The notes below the pieces were generated by a model, which saw only the letters and a list, made by a program, of their open reading frames with translations, was not told where the DNA came from and did no database searches. Source: Mobula hypostoma (lineage: Eukaryota). From it: DNA of 64,000 bases. The stretch spans positions 22,012,001 to 22,076,000 of the forward strand of contig NC_086097.1 of the NCBI RefSeq assembly GCF_963921235.1, given 5' to 3'. The position numbers and the translations under genes are program-made. This document shows positions 50,996-63,469 of this stretch, piece by piece; within the stretch, counting starts at the first letter, position 1, and each line of letters opens with the position of its first letter.

Positions 50996-53900
50996 ACGTG
51001 ACCCTGTGGTGCAGAAGGGTGGGACGGAAAAGGGGAGAGCTGTCGTCATTGGGGACTCTATAGTCAGGGTAGCAGACAGGAGATTTTGTGGACGTGAGAA
51101 GGACACCCGCATGGATTGTTGCCTCCCGGGTGCCAGGGTCCGGGATGTCTCTGACCAGGTGCACGACATCCTGGTATGAGAAGGAAAGCAACCAGAAGTC
51201 GTGATACATGTTGGTACCAACGACATAGGCAGGAAGAGGGATGAGGTCCTGAAGTGTGGGTTTCGGGAACTAGGCAGAAGGCTGAAGAACAGGACCTCAA
51301 GGGTGGCCTTCTCAGGATTGCTGCCAGTGCTACTTGATAGTGATGATAAGAGATGGCAGTTGAATTTGTGGCTGAGGAGTTGGTGCAGGGGACAGTGTTT
51401 TCGATTTTTGATCACTAGGATCTCTTCTGGGAAAGGTGGGACTTGAACAGATTGGATGGGTTGCACCTGAATTTGAGGGGGAGCAATATCCTTGCAGGTA
51501 GGTTTGCTAGCATGGTTGGGGAGGGTTTAAACTAATTTGCAAGGGGGATGGGACCTGGAGCAATAGAGCAGTGAAAGAAGCGCATGGAGTAAAGCCAGAT
51601 CTAACATATAAAGAGGCTTTGAGGAAAGAGAAGCAGAATAAAGGGTGTAAAGGTAGGAAGGTAGAAGGGATAAAGTGCATGTACTTCAATGCAAGAAGCA
51701 TTAGGAACAAAGGTAATGAACTGAGAGCTTGGATACATACGTGGAATTAGGATGTAGTGGCCATTACAGAGACTTGGCTGGCACCAGGGCAGGAATGGAT
51801 TCTTAATATTCCTGGATTTCAGTGCTTTAAAAGGGATGGAGAGGGGGGAAAGGGGAGGAGGGGTGGCATTACTGGTCAAGGATACTATTAAGCTACAGAA
51901 AGGGTGGGTAATGTAGCAGGATCCTCTTTTGAGTCAGTATGGGTGGAAGTCAGGAACAGGAAGGGAGCAGTTACTCTATTGGGAGTATTCTATAGGCCCC
52001 CTGGTAGCAGCAGAGATACCGAGGAGCAGATTTGGAGGCAGATTTTGGAAAAGTGCAAAAATAACAGGGTTGTTATCATGGGTGACTTTAACTTCCCTAA
52101 TATTGATTGGCATCTTATTAGTTCCAATGGTTTAGACGGGGCAGAGTTTTTTAAGTGTGTCCAGGACGGATTCCTGTCATAGTATGTTGACAGGCCGACT
52201 GGGGGATTACCATACTAGATCTAGTATTAGGTAATGAACCGGGTCAGGTCACAGATCTCTCAGTAGGTGAGCATCTGGGAGACAGTGACCACCGTTCCCT
52301 GGCCTTTAGCATTATCATGGAAAAGGATAGAGTCAGAGAGGACAGGAAAACGTTTAATTGGGGAAGGGCAAATTATGAAGCTGTAAGGCTAGAACTTGCG
52401 GGTGTGAATTGGGATGATGTTTTTCCAGGGAAATGTACTATGGACATGTGGTCAATGTTCAGGGATCTCTTGCAGGATATTAGGGATAAATTTGTCCAGG
52501 TGAGGAAGATAAAGAATGGTAGGGTGAAGGAACCATGGGTGACAAGTGAGGTGGAAAATCTAGTCAGGTGGAAGAAGGCAGCATACAAGAGGTTTAGGAA
52601 GCAAGGATCAGATGGGTCTATTGAGGAATATAGGGTAGCAAGAAAGGAGCTTAAGAAGGGGCTGAGGAAAGCAAGAAGGGGACATGAGAAGGCCTTGGTG
52701 AGTAGGGTAAAGGAAAACCCCAAGGCATTCTTCAATTATGTGAAGAACAAAAAGATGACAGGAGTGAAGGTAGGACCGATTAGAGATAAAGGTGGGAAGA
52801 TGTGCCTGGAGGCTGTGGAAGTGAGCGAAATGTTCAATGAATACTTCTCTTCGGTATTCACCAATGAGAGGGAACTTGATATATGAGGACAATATGAGTG
52901 AGGTTGATGTTCTGGAGCATGTTGATATTAAGGGAGAGGAGGTGTTGGAGTTGTTAAAATACATTAGGACGGATAAATCCCTAGGACGGAATATTCCCCA
53001 GGCTGCTCCACGAGGCGAGGGAAGAGATTGCTGAGCCTCTGGCTAGGGTCTTTATGTCCTCGTTGTCCACGGGAATGGTACCGGAGGACTGGAGGGAGGC
53101 GAATGTTGTCCCCTTGTTCAAAAAGGTTTTAGGGATAGTCCAGGTAATTATAGACCAGTGAGCCTTACGTCTGTGGTGGGAAAGCTGTTGGAAAAGATTC
53201 TTAGAGATAGGATCTATGGGCATTTAGAGAATCATGGTCTGATCAGAGACAGTCAGCATGGTTTTGTGAAAGGCAGATCATGTCTAACAAGCCTGATAGA
53301 GTTCTTTGAGGAGGTGACCAGGCATATAGATGAGGGTAGTGCAGTGGATGTGATCTACATGGATTTTAGTAAGGCATTTGACAAGGTTTCACATGGTAGG
53401 CTTTTTCAGAAAGTCAGAAGGCAAGGGATCCAGGGAAGTTTGGACAGTGTTGTGGATAGTGTAGAGGATTGTCGAAGATTGCAGAGAGGCATTGATAGGA
53501 TGCAGAAGTGGGCTGAGAAGTGGCAGACGAAGTTCAACCCAGAGAAGTGTGAGATGGTACACTTTGGAAGGACAAACTCCAAGGCAGAGTACAAAGTAAA
53601 TGGCAGGATACTTGGTAGTGTGGAGGAGCAGAGGGATTTGGGGGTACATGTCCACAGATCCCTGAAAGTTGCCTCACAGGTAGATAGGGTAGTTAAGAAA
53701 GCTTATGGGGTGGTAGCTTTCATAAGTCGAAGGATAGAGTTTAAGAGTCGCGAGGTAATGATGCATCTTTACAAAACTCTGGTTAGGCCACACTTGGAGT
53801 ACTGTGTCCAGTTCTGGTCGCCTCACTATAGGAAGGATGTGGAAGCATTGGAAAGGGTACAGAGGAGAAATACCAGGATGCTGCCTGGTTTAGAGAGTAT

Positions 53901-54317
53901 GGATTATGATCAGAGATTAAGGGAGCTAGGCCTTTACTCTTTGGAGAGAAGGAGGATGAGAGGAAACATGATAGAGGTATGCAAGATATTAAGAGGAATA
54001 GATAGAGTGGACAGCCAGCACCTCTTCCCCAGGGCACCACTACTTAATACAAGAGGACATGGCTTTAAGGTAAGGGGTGGGAAGTTCAAGGGGGATATTA
54101 GAGGAAGTTTTTTTACTCAGAGATTGGTTGGTGCATGTTATGCACTGCCTGAGTCAGTGGTGGAGACAGATACATTAGTGAAATTTGAGAGACTACTAGA
54201 CAGGTATATGGAGGAATTTAAGGTGGGGTGTTATATGGGCCGCAGGGTTTGAGGGTCAGCACAACATTGTGGGCCGAAGGCCCTGTACTGTGCTGTACTA
54301 TTCTATGTTCTGTGTTC
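50996..54317 (+). mobile_element. Near-full-length CR1 LINE: ORF1 SGNH esterase, ORF2 APE and RT (inactivated)
   Basis: VVIGDSIV, CLPGARV, HVGTND (esterase); FNARSI, AITETW, YRPP, MGDFN, SDH (APE); RT with internal deletion; stops present. Confidence 0.93.
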
Positions 54318-54734
54318 ATGAGGTCCGTTTGAAGAATCTTATGAGAGTGGGTTAGCAGGTTCCCGAACCAGCGTGGATAACTGCACTCACCTCAGCTCAG
54401 TACTGATTCCACAACCTACAGATTCACTTTCAATGACTCTTTCCATCTCATGTTCGCAGTAGTACTTTTAAAAGTTTGTCTTCTTTTGCACATTTGTTGA
54501 TTGTCAGTCTTTGTGTAGATTTCCCACTGCTTCAATAGTATTTCTCTTTTCTACTGTAAATGCCTGCAAGAAAACGAATCTCCAGTTCCTATATGGTGAC
54601 GTGTGTGTATTTGATATTGAACTTAACTTTGAACTTTGATCCTGTTGGTACATGTTCTCCAGCTTTTGCATCTTCTGCCCAATGAAACAGGAATAATGGA
54701 TGACTTGGGAGAGAGGGGTTTTTGATTATTTTAG

Positions 54735-55400
54735 TTGCTTTCAAGTTCAAGTTTATTGTCATCCTACTGTACTTATATACAGCCAAATGAACAAACCAAG
54801 TTTGTCTGGATCATGGTGCACCCACAAAAGATGCTTCACACATAGCACATGAAACAAAATATTACCACAAATACCGTAATGAACTATAATTCATAATGCA
54901 TGTGAGGTGTGCAGCTCAGGTAAGCAGTAAACAATACAGTCCCAGTGACAAGACCTTAGTGATGACAGGGTATCCATCATTCTCATAGCCTGGGGGAAGA
55001 AGCTGTTACCCCATCGGGCAGTCCCAGTCCTGATAGTCTGTACCTCCTTCCTGTTGGTATTAGGGTCAAAGAGATTGTGAGGTGGGTGGCAGGGATCTTT
55101 AATAATGCTCCGGGCACTTTGGGCTGGTTAATGTCATGAATGGTGGGGGGGGCGGAGATGGGGAAGAGAGACCCTGGTGATTCTCTCAGTGGTTTTTACT
55201 ATCTTCTGTAGCATCTTGAGGTCTGAAACCTTGCAGTCTCCATTCCCCAAATTGATGCAGCCAAGTACGATGGAGCTCCTGTAGAACGTTGTTAGCATGG
55301 TGGAGGGGAGCCTTGCATAACTCAGTCTCCCCTGAAAGTGTAGATGTTGCTGTGTCTTCTTGACTAAGGCAATCAAGAAGTGCTTCTGAAGGCAGTGGGA
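54735..55400 (-). mobile_element. Rex1/Babar-type LINE 3' fragment
   Basis: ORF 55134..55505 LTTFYRSSI...LQKIVKTTERI; ttcaagttcaagtttatt tail. Confidence 0.7.
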
Positions 55401-56579
55401 AGTGTCTATGAGGGGAGGCTGGTTTTCGCGATAGGCTGGGCTAGTGTCCACAACTCTGCACTTTCTTGCGGTCCCAGGCAGAGCAGTTGCTACACCAGGC
55501 TGCAACGCAGCTGGATTGCTCGTCTAGAGAGGACAGCTTGGGATAGGGGCCAGTGGGGTGCAGCTGGAGAGCAATCTGTTTCCACAAATGTCTCAAAGAC
55601 ATGTCCACCTCAGGGAGATTGACCTTAGCAGAGAGACAGGAGTGGGAAACAAATAAAGGGAGCAAAATAGCATTTAAATGGTGGAAAGAAAGTGTTTTCG
55701 TTCAGGGCCTTCTACGGCCCCAAGATGTTCCAGAGTGCTTTACAGCCATTTCCGTCCTTTTGAAGTGTAGTCATTGTTGTAATGTAAGATAAAACAGTGG
55801 CCACTTTTCACACAGCCAGATACCGCAAGAAGGAATGAAATTGATGCACCATTTCCACTCTGTACAACGGTCCCAGCCCTGCAGCTGTCCACAGAATGAT
55901 TAGAAAGATTCAGTACCTGCTGGTCAACAGAAAAGTAATTTGCCAGGAGACTTCTTCAAACGGTAATCTATCTGGTGCCATACAGAGTACCACGCTCTAT
56001 TCTATCTCTTTCAATCTTGACCTCTGTGTGACATTTTCAAACTGCTACTGAACACTATCTGATGAGTTTCTTTAATCATTCTTAGATCGGGACTGAACTT
56101 ATAATATGGGATCAGGCTAGTTGGCCCGTCTGGACAATGCTGTTCCCAGCTCTGCACCAGCCTCTTCCTGATGCAGGGCTTCACACTAAAATGTTAACAA
56201 TTCCCTTCCTTCCACAGAAGCTGCTCTGAATCAGGTTTACTTGACCACTGAGTTCCTCTAACAGCTGTTTTATTTTTTTCAGATTCCAGCATCTGCACTC
56301 TCCTGTGTCTCATTGCCTTGTTTCCTCTAACATTATTAATGTAGGACCAGCCTAGTAGATACAAAATGTCTACATGAAGAAGAAGCTATGTGTCTCAATT
56401 TCATGTTCATTTAACATCTCCACTGCTCTTGGTTCTTTTCTGTTACCCCAATGGTGTCAGATGGTGGTGATGAAGCTCAGCGACTGATTGTTGGTGGCAA
56501 ATAAAACAAAGAAAACAACTAAATACTTCTTTAATGGCACTTTTTCTGTTAAATGATCTCTGCAAACAATAAACTGTAA

Positions 56580-57425
56580 CTTCCCAGTCAGTGCTGGGTT
56601 TTGAACCGCTGTCTGACCTGGCATTTTTGCAGTGGAAGCTGAAGTCTCGGAGGTGCAGGATGACTGAGGCATGGTGAATCAAGGCGGCAGGGAATGAGTC
56701 AATGTTTGGCCATTCTTGGAGTGAATTTGGAGACAATTGGATTCAGCAGAACCAAGGTGAGGCAATGCAGAGTTGAGGAGGCGGGGCCTGAACCCAGGCC
56801 TGAGAGCCAGGAAAGACCCGAGGTTTGATCGATTTAAGAGCCTAGCGGAATTGGAAAGTTGGGTACGGGCTGAATTGGGATGGTGGGGTACGGGCTGAAT
56901 TGGGATGGTGGGGCACTGGTCCGAGAGCGTATCGACACAGCAGGATCTGGGTCTGAGAGCAAGGGCTGGATGATTTAAGCGCTGGGCCAGATGGCAAAGG
57001 ACAGTGTGTGGGGGTCGGAGATGAGGCACGTGCCAGTTCAAATAGCTGCTCCGTGAGCTTTACTCACCTCTGCGCTGAACTTCAACTCGTTACTCCGTGA
57101 GCTTTACTCATCTCCGCGCTGAACTTCAACTCGTTACTCTGCGAGACTTACTCACCTCTGCACTGAACTGTGGCTGTGGCCTGCAACTATCACAGTGTGA
57201 ACTCACTTCTGTTAACTTCAGTTCTGAATGCTATTTGCTTACTTTCACTGTTTGCACTTTTTTTTCCTTTTTTTCTCTCTGCATGTTGCGTGTTGGACGA
57301 TCTTTTTTTGTTTTAATGGGTTCTGCTGGGTTTCTTTGTTTCATAGCTGCCTGAAAGGTGATGAATCTTGACATTGCATGAAAGATACTTACTTTGATAA
57401 TACATGTACTTTGACTTTTGACTTA
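56580..57425 (+). mobile_element. Unclassified interspersed element with a (ACTTTGA)n-like tail and internal tandem duplications
   Basis: 3' part similar to about 49560-49890; 25-bp and 44-bp duplications inside. Confidence 0.5.
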
Positions 57426-58051
57426 ATCAGGGCCCAATTGGGACTTATGAACATTCTGATCTTCTCCAGCAGGCTAGAAACAATTTATGCCTCTGTGCTT
57501 CAAAACCTCCCCAAATTCAGCCACTCTGTGTCCTGAGCACTTGAGTTGTAACTAGAACCATCACTATCACGAGTACCGTCATCACAGGACTTGTATGTGC
57601 CCAGGACAAAAAAGTGGCAAGAAAATTATTATGGATACTATCTGCCCAGTAAACTACTTTTTTCCAAAAAGCCCCCTTCTGGAAAGCACTTTAGGGCTAT
57701 TAAAACAAAAACAAAAAAACTGTATGTCATCTTAAAAGTTCCTTCCCACGGGCAGTTAATCTGATCAACCATTTTAGTTATCTCCGCCACCTCCTCTATC
57801 AATTACCACCATCCCTGCACTGCATTGTAAGCATGTTAAACTACATTTTATAATGCTGTTTATATTGTAAATACATGCTGATATGTATGTATTTATGCAC
57901 ATTTTGTTCCATGTTTATACTTCTATCATTAGAACACAGGTTCTGACGAATTCGCCACATGGATATCAGCAGGGATCAGATACCAGAACATGGAAGGTGA
58001 AACAGAACTTTACAGTACAGTGTGGGGATCCTTCTGCCCACAATGTTATGT

Positions 58052-58805
58052 TGTTATGTACCAGCAGCAATAGATCACAAATTGAGTCAGGTTTTAATGT
58101 TAAACCACTATATTTATTACTATCTACTCAAAATATAAAAGATTAAACAAAATAAACAGAAGTTAACAGTGTTATGTGTGTGTGGCTCCCAAACTGTCAA
58201 GCTTAGGAACAGTTCATAAAGTCTGAGGATGGCAAACTAGAAAGGTCCAGTAATCCATGGAATAAGTGAGGGGAGAAACTTGTAAATCCACATTAAAATG
58301 TAGAAAGGAGGCGATTACGAAAGATTCCATAGGTTCCACGCTGGGAGAACGAAGTAACAGTCGCCGAAGATCCTATCCGTCGAGTCGTTCCGAAATCCAC
58401 GTAGAAATATCCCCAAAGGTGACAGTCACGGAATATTCCTTTAGCACAAGTGGTTACCACACAACGTACCTGAAACCATGCAACGGGTAAGAAAAGTGGT
58501 CACCACAGGATAATCCAGGGAAATCCACATATGGATCATACGAAGTGAGAGTCACACATCCAATGTGCATTGGGTGCTGTTGATCAACCCAATTCTCAGG
58601 GCATGGGAAACTATCAGATTTTACCCATCACTGCAGCAAGCTCGTCCAGCGGCTGGCGGTCCAAAGCTTCCACACTTTCTCTCTCTCTCTCCTCTCTGAA
58701 AGTCCCAGCGGTCTGTCGCAGCTTGTTATACTGGTGTCATAGTCCTACCTCATTCAGGCGTTTTAAAGTGGCACCCCTAGTAAATGAAACAGTGGTCACG
58801 TAACA
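58052..58805 (-). mobile_element. Solo LTR (754 bp, Gypsy-like) with 4-bp TSD
   Basis: TGTTA...TAACA termini; ATGT at 58048-58051 and 58806-58809; interrupts a CR1 3' UTR that rejoins; AATAAA on the minus strand near 58113-58118. Confidence 0.88.
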
Positions 58806-60261
58806 ATGTCAAACTTTTAACCTATGCTAAGATCAATCTAACCCTACCATAGCTCTCAGTTTTGCTGTCATCCATGTGCCAATATAAGAGTCTCTTAAAT
58901 AACCCTTGTGTATCTGCCTCCAACTCCATCCCTGGCAGGGTGTTCCATGTACTCACCATGCTCTGTAAAATCTGTACTTTACCAACTCCATTCAGGTGGA
59001 GAGAGAGCCTTCACTTTTAACCCAATGGTTGGAAGGGAACCCCTTTGGTGTTCCACAAGTGTTTCTCCCACCTAATATATATCTCCACCGAGAATGAGCT
59101 TTATAATCTGCCAGGATGGGTTCGGTTAAAATTTCCTGCAGCAGACAGAACTTACTTCCCCAGGGTAGAATGTATTTATGTATTTATGCAGATTTTATTC
59201 CATGTAACCTCAAACTTTATTATTTATATAATTCAGCATTCTTTATTATTACTTACTGTTGTGGTTTTTTGTTGCATGTCATGACACACACCACAGCAAA
59301 TTCCAAATACATGTAAACTTATACGATGAATAAAGTTGATCCTTGATCCTTGAAACTAAGGAGTCAGAGGTCTTTTTTTTTTCCCCAGCACAGAAATATC
59401 AAATACTGGAGGACATGCACTTAAGGTGAAAGAGGGCAAGTTTAATAAAAAGATTAGCTTTATTTGTCACATGTACATCAAAACGTACAGAGAAATGTGT
59501 CTTTTGCTTCAAATCAAATCAACAATGTTTGTGCTGGGGGCAGCCCATGGGTGTCACCAACATAGCTCTCCCATAATTTATTAGCCCTAACCCTAACTGT
59601 ACATCTTTGGAATGTGGAAGGGAACTGGATCATCCACGCATTCACGGAGAGGAAGTACAAACTCCTAACAGACAAAGCTGGCATTGAACCCCCGATCTGT
59701 AATCGCCGGCACTTGTAGAGTGATTTCTCTAACTGCTATACCACCTTTTAAATGAGATGTGGGGGTTGGGGTGGGGGCAAGCTTTTACACAGAAAGCGGT
59801 AGGTGCTTGGAACGGATGCCAGGCGATGGTGGTGGCAGCAGGTATATGATAGTGGCATTTGAGAGGTTATTAGATAGACCCATGAACAGGCGGTGAGTGG
59901 AGGGATGTGGATCATGTGCAGGCAGAAGAAGTAGTTTAAGTTGACATCACGTTCAGCACAGACATTGTGGGCCGAAGGGCCTGTTCCTGTGCTGTACTGT
60001 TCAGTGATCTTTCACATTTAATACTCAAATGGACCTGTGGGGAAAAATACTCAACATTTTAGATGGTGTACTTGACACTTCCTTGTGACTGAGGTGTCTG
60101 ACAACGTATCAGTTTCCGTCACCAACCTTATCTAGGCCAGAAATGTTTCTTCTCCAAATGATGTTGAATGGTAGCCTTAGGATCCTCCATCTCCTCCAGG
60201 GTCTGCATGAACACAGGCTCTGACTGATTCATCCCATGAATGTCAGCAGGGCTCAGATTCC

Positions 60262-60715
60262 AGAACATAGAACATGAAATATTGAATACTACAGCATAAG
60301 TAGTGCTCTCTAATACAAACAGCATTTTGGTAAATCTCCCCTGCACCGGCTATAAGTCGTTCTGCCCACGAAATGTCAAACTTTTAACCTACTCTAAAAT
60401 CAACCTAACACTACCAACCTTACACATAGCTCTCAATTTTTCCACCATCATGTGCCTATCTAAGAGGCCCTTAAAGGACCCTAATGTATCTGCCTCCACC
60501 ACCACCCCTGGCTGGGTGTTCCATGCACTCACCACTCTCCGTGTAAAAAAATCTTACTTCTGACATCCCTCCTATACTTTCCTCCAATCACCCTAGCTCG
60601 CTTAGTCTTTCCTCATGACATGCTCTCTAATACAAACAGCGTTTTGGTAAATCTCCCCTGCACCCTCTCCGAAGTTTCCACATTCTCCCTATAGTGAGGC
60701 GACCAGAATTGAACA
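60262..60715 (-). mobile_element. CR1 3' fragment with a locally duplicated 44-bp segment
   Basis: agaacatagaacat tail; CR1 ORF2 C-terminal remnants. Confidence 0.8.
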
Positions 60716-60819
60716 AGGCTGTGGGTTCAAGTTCGGAGACCTGTGTACAGAACTCAAGCCAGTTGAGATATTAATATGAGCCCCTACAAATCCTCACAGG
60801 TACAAAAAGACATGCAGCA

Positions 60820-61355
60820 CTGAATTAAAGGATAGGAGCTTTCCCTGATTTCCAGCCAAAGTTGTTCTCCCAAATAGCCTCTGACAACCAAGCCAAGCTC
60901 CTGGCCTTCACGTGTGGCTTAGCTATGAAACCCAGCAGGACAGTTTTTATTGACAGGAGAAGGGGTAAAGATGGGTACTGGTGCCAGAATCAGTTGCTTT
61001 GGACAGATGGGGCTCGTCAGCTGAGGTTGGCCGCTCACCTACGAGAAGGAGAACTCTGATCTCAAACTTTCGCTATACCCACTCATGGGGAAGGCTTAGG
61101 AAGTAAATCCTGAGCGGGGGGGGGGGGAATAGAGCTGCAGTCTCCAAGGCAGTCCCACGTTGAGTTAAATGCTGACCGGCAACTCCTGCAATGCTGCTGG
61201 TGCCAAACTGTGTTGGCCTCTGCCGTTTCTTTGAATTCATGAGCTGCGTAGAGAGGGGCAGCCAGCTGCATGGGCAACAGCCTGCTCTGCACAATGTGCT
61301 GCTCGGGCTGGAGTAGACAGCTAGGATGCAGCATCCATGGTCGACCCTGATCAAT
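60820..61355 (+). mobile_element. Possible RTE-like 5' UTR-derived element
   Basis: Resemblance only (gaaggagaactctgatctcaaac segment); no ORF or TSD verified. Confidence 0.3.
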
Positions 61356-63469
61356 GGAGGGCCTACATTGTTCTCTCAGTCAGAATCAGATTCAGATTAG
61401 TTTATTGTCCTATTCACCAGGATGCAAAGAAATTCCTTGGTTGTGTGGATCTCTCAGATTAAGTACTGTGGATTTTAGTGATAAATGCAAAAATCCATAC
61501 AGCAATGAGTGCAGAAGATTAAAATGGTGCAAAGTTCAAGTGATATCTCCCTTGCTCTCTTTTCCCCTCTCATTCTCCGCCTTTCTCTTCCATGGTCAGG
61601 CATTATTTCATATTTCATCACATAAATAGGCCAATTGGCCCATCAAATCTATGCCAACTCTCAGCGTAATTCATGACCCCCAGTTGTTTCGATCTTGCAC
61701 GTCTGTTAATGGCACGGCATACCATCTCCCCCCTCCACCCATGCACAGACAATTCTGCTACTGTGGGGGTAAATTATAGTGGTCAAATACATAACAGCCT
61801 TTAGGATGTGAAACAAACTGACACATATAACACTGGAGGTCAGGACTGAACCTGTGTCTCCGGGTCTCGAGAGAGAAGTTTCAGCTGCACTACCTGCAAT
61901 ATCACTGGTCATTGATGATGTTATCCTTATAGCACTTGTGAACTGGTCAGTAATGAACAAAAACAGTTAACTCTTTACCCTCCAAGCTACGGTTGGGTAT
62001 ATAAATTCTTGTGACCACATTGGTCTCATTCAGGTGCTCAGGTTTCCTCCCGCATTCCAAAGGGTTAGGGTTAGGTGTGGGCGTGCTATGTTGGCACCCA
62101 GGAAACTTGAGTCATAAAGGCACATGGCATGGTTTAGGCTTTGTGGCCCATTATGCCCATGCCAACCATCATTACTGATCTCATTTACCAACGCTTAGTC
62201 CAAAGCCCAAAGCCGGCATGCTAGCATAACGGTTAGTGTAATGCTTTACTACGCCAGCTGTAAGGTCGGGGTTCAACTCTCACAAGGAGTTTGCATGTTC
62301 TTCCCATGACTGTGTTGGTTTCCTCCAGGTACTCTGGATTCCTCCCACATGAAATCATAGAGTCATACCGCACAGAAGCAGGCCCTTCAGTCCATCTAGT
62401 CCCTGCTGAGTCACGTAAGCTGCCTGCTCCCATCGATCTGCAGTGGGACCACATTACAAAGACGTACGACTTAGTGTGTTAATTCACATCAGTGGAATTG
62501 GGTGGCACGGGCTCATTAAACTGGAAAGACGTTACTGTGCTATATCTCAGGATAATTAAAAAAAAGTGGCTGGGGATCCATTGGGAAAGGGATTTGACAG
62601 AGGAGATTGCTTCAGGAGTCTAGTCTGGCTGTCTTGTCTTTCATGCACCGATATCTTCTCCCAGAAATTAGAAGAGAGAAAAGGGAATGGCCAGGGTGGC
62701 AGATATCCTGATGCACCACACCTCGGAGATGGGCTGAGTGGCTGGAAGTGATGAGCGTATGATAGACATACACAAGCAGGTTAGCCTTTCAACATCTCAT
62801 TACTCCTTGTGACAGCTTGCTACCCATACCTTACCTACTGATTTTCCCCGGTGTACAACAGACTGCCTCAAAGTTCAATGTAAATTTATTATCAAAATAC
62901 ATATGTCACCATGTACTACCTATTCATTTTCTTGTGGATATTCATTCACAGTAGAACAAAGAAATACAATAGAATCAGTGAAAAACTGCCCGCACAAAGA
63001 CTCACAAACAACCAATGTGCAAAAGAAGACAAACTGTGTACATATAATAAATCAAATGATAATAAATAAATAAATATTGAGAACATGAGATTTTAGAGTC
63101 CTTGAAAGTGTGTCTAAACCGCTTCTAAAAGCTTGACTGAACAGCTTCATTTTCAGAGTTCTGAGTTTCTGAGAAGTTTTCTAAACACGTAAGATCTTTT
63201 TCTCTAGTGTATTTGCAGCCTAAGCCAAAATAGTTGAGGGTGGTTTTAAATTCTGCCTGGAGCAAAAGAAAAATGCAGGAACTGAAAATCCGGAACGAAA
63301 ACTGTAAAGCGTTGGAAGTGTTCAGGTGTCAAGCGGTGTCTGTGGGGAGAGAAACAAATTCAATGTTGCCAGCCAAGGAGCAGAAACGGTTTTTGGCAAG
63401 AACAGGTGAAGGTTCTAAGTAAGACTTTTTTTTCTCTTTCTTTGTCTATTAGTACATAGCTAGTATGTT

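Noticed and set aside
59580..59600. CCCTAA/TTAGGG telomere-like repeats (also near 62062)
   Set aside because: Only about two units, embedded in SINE-like sequence
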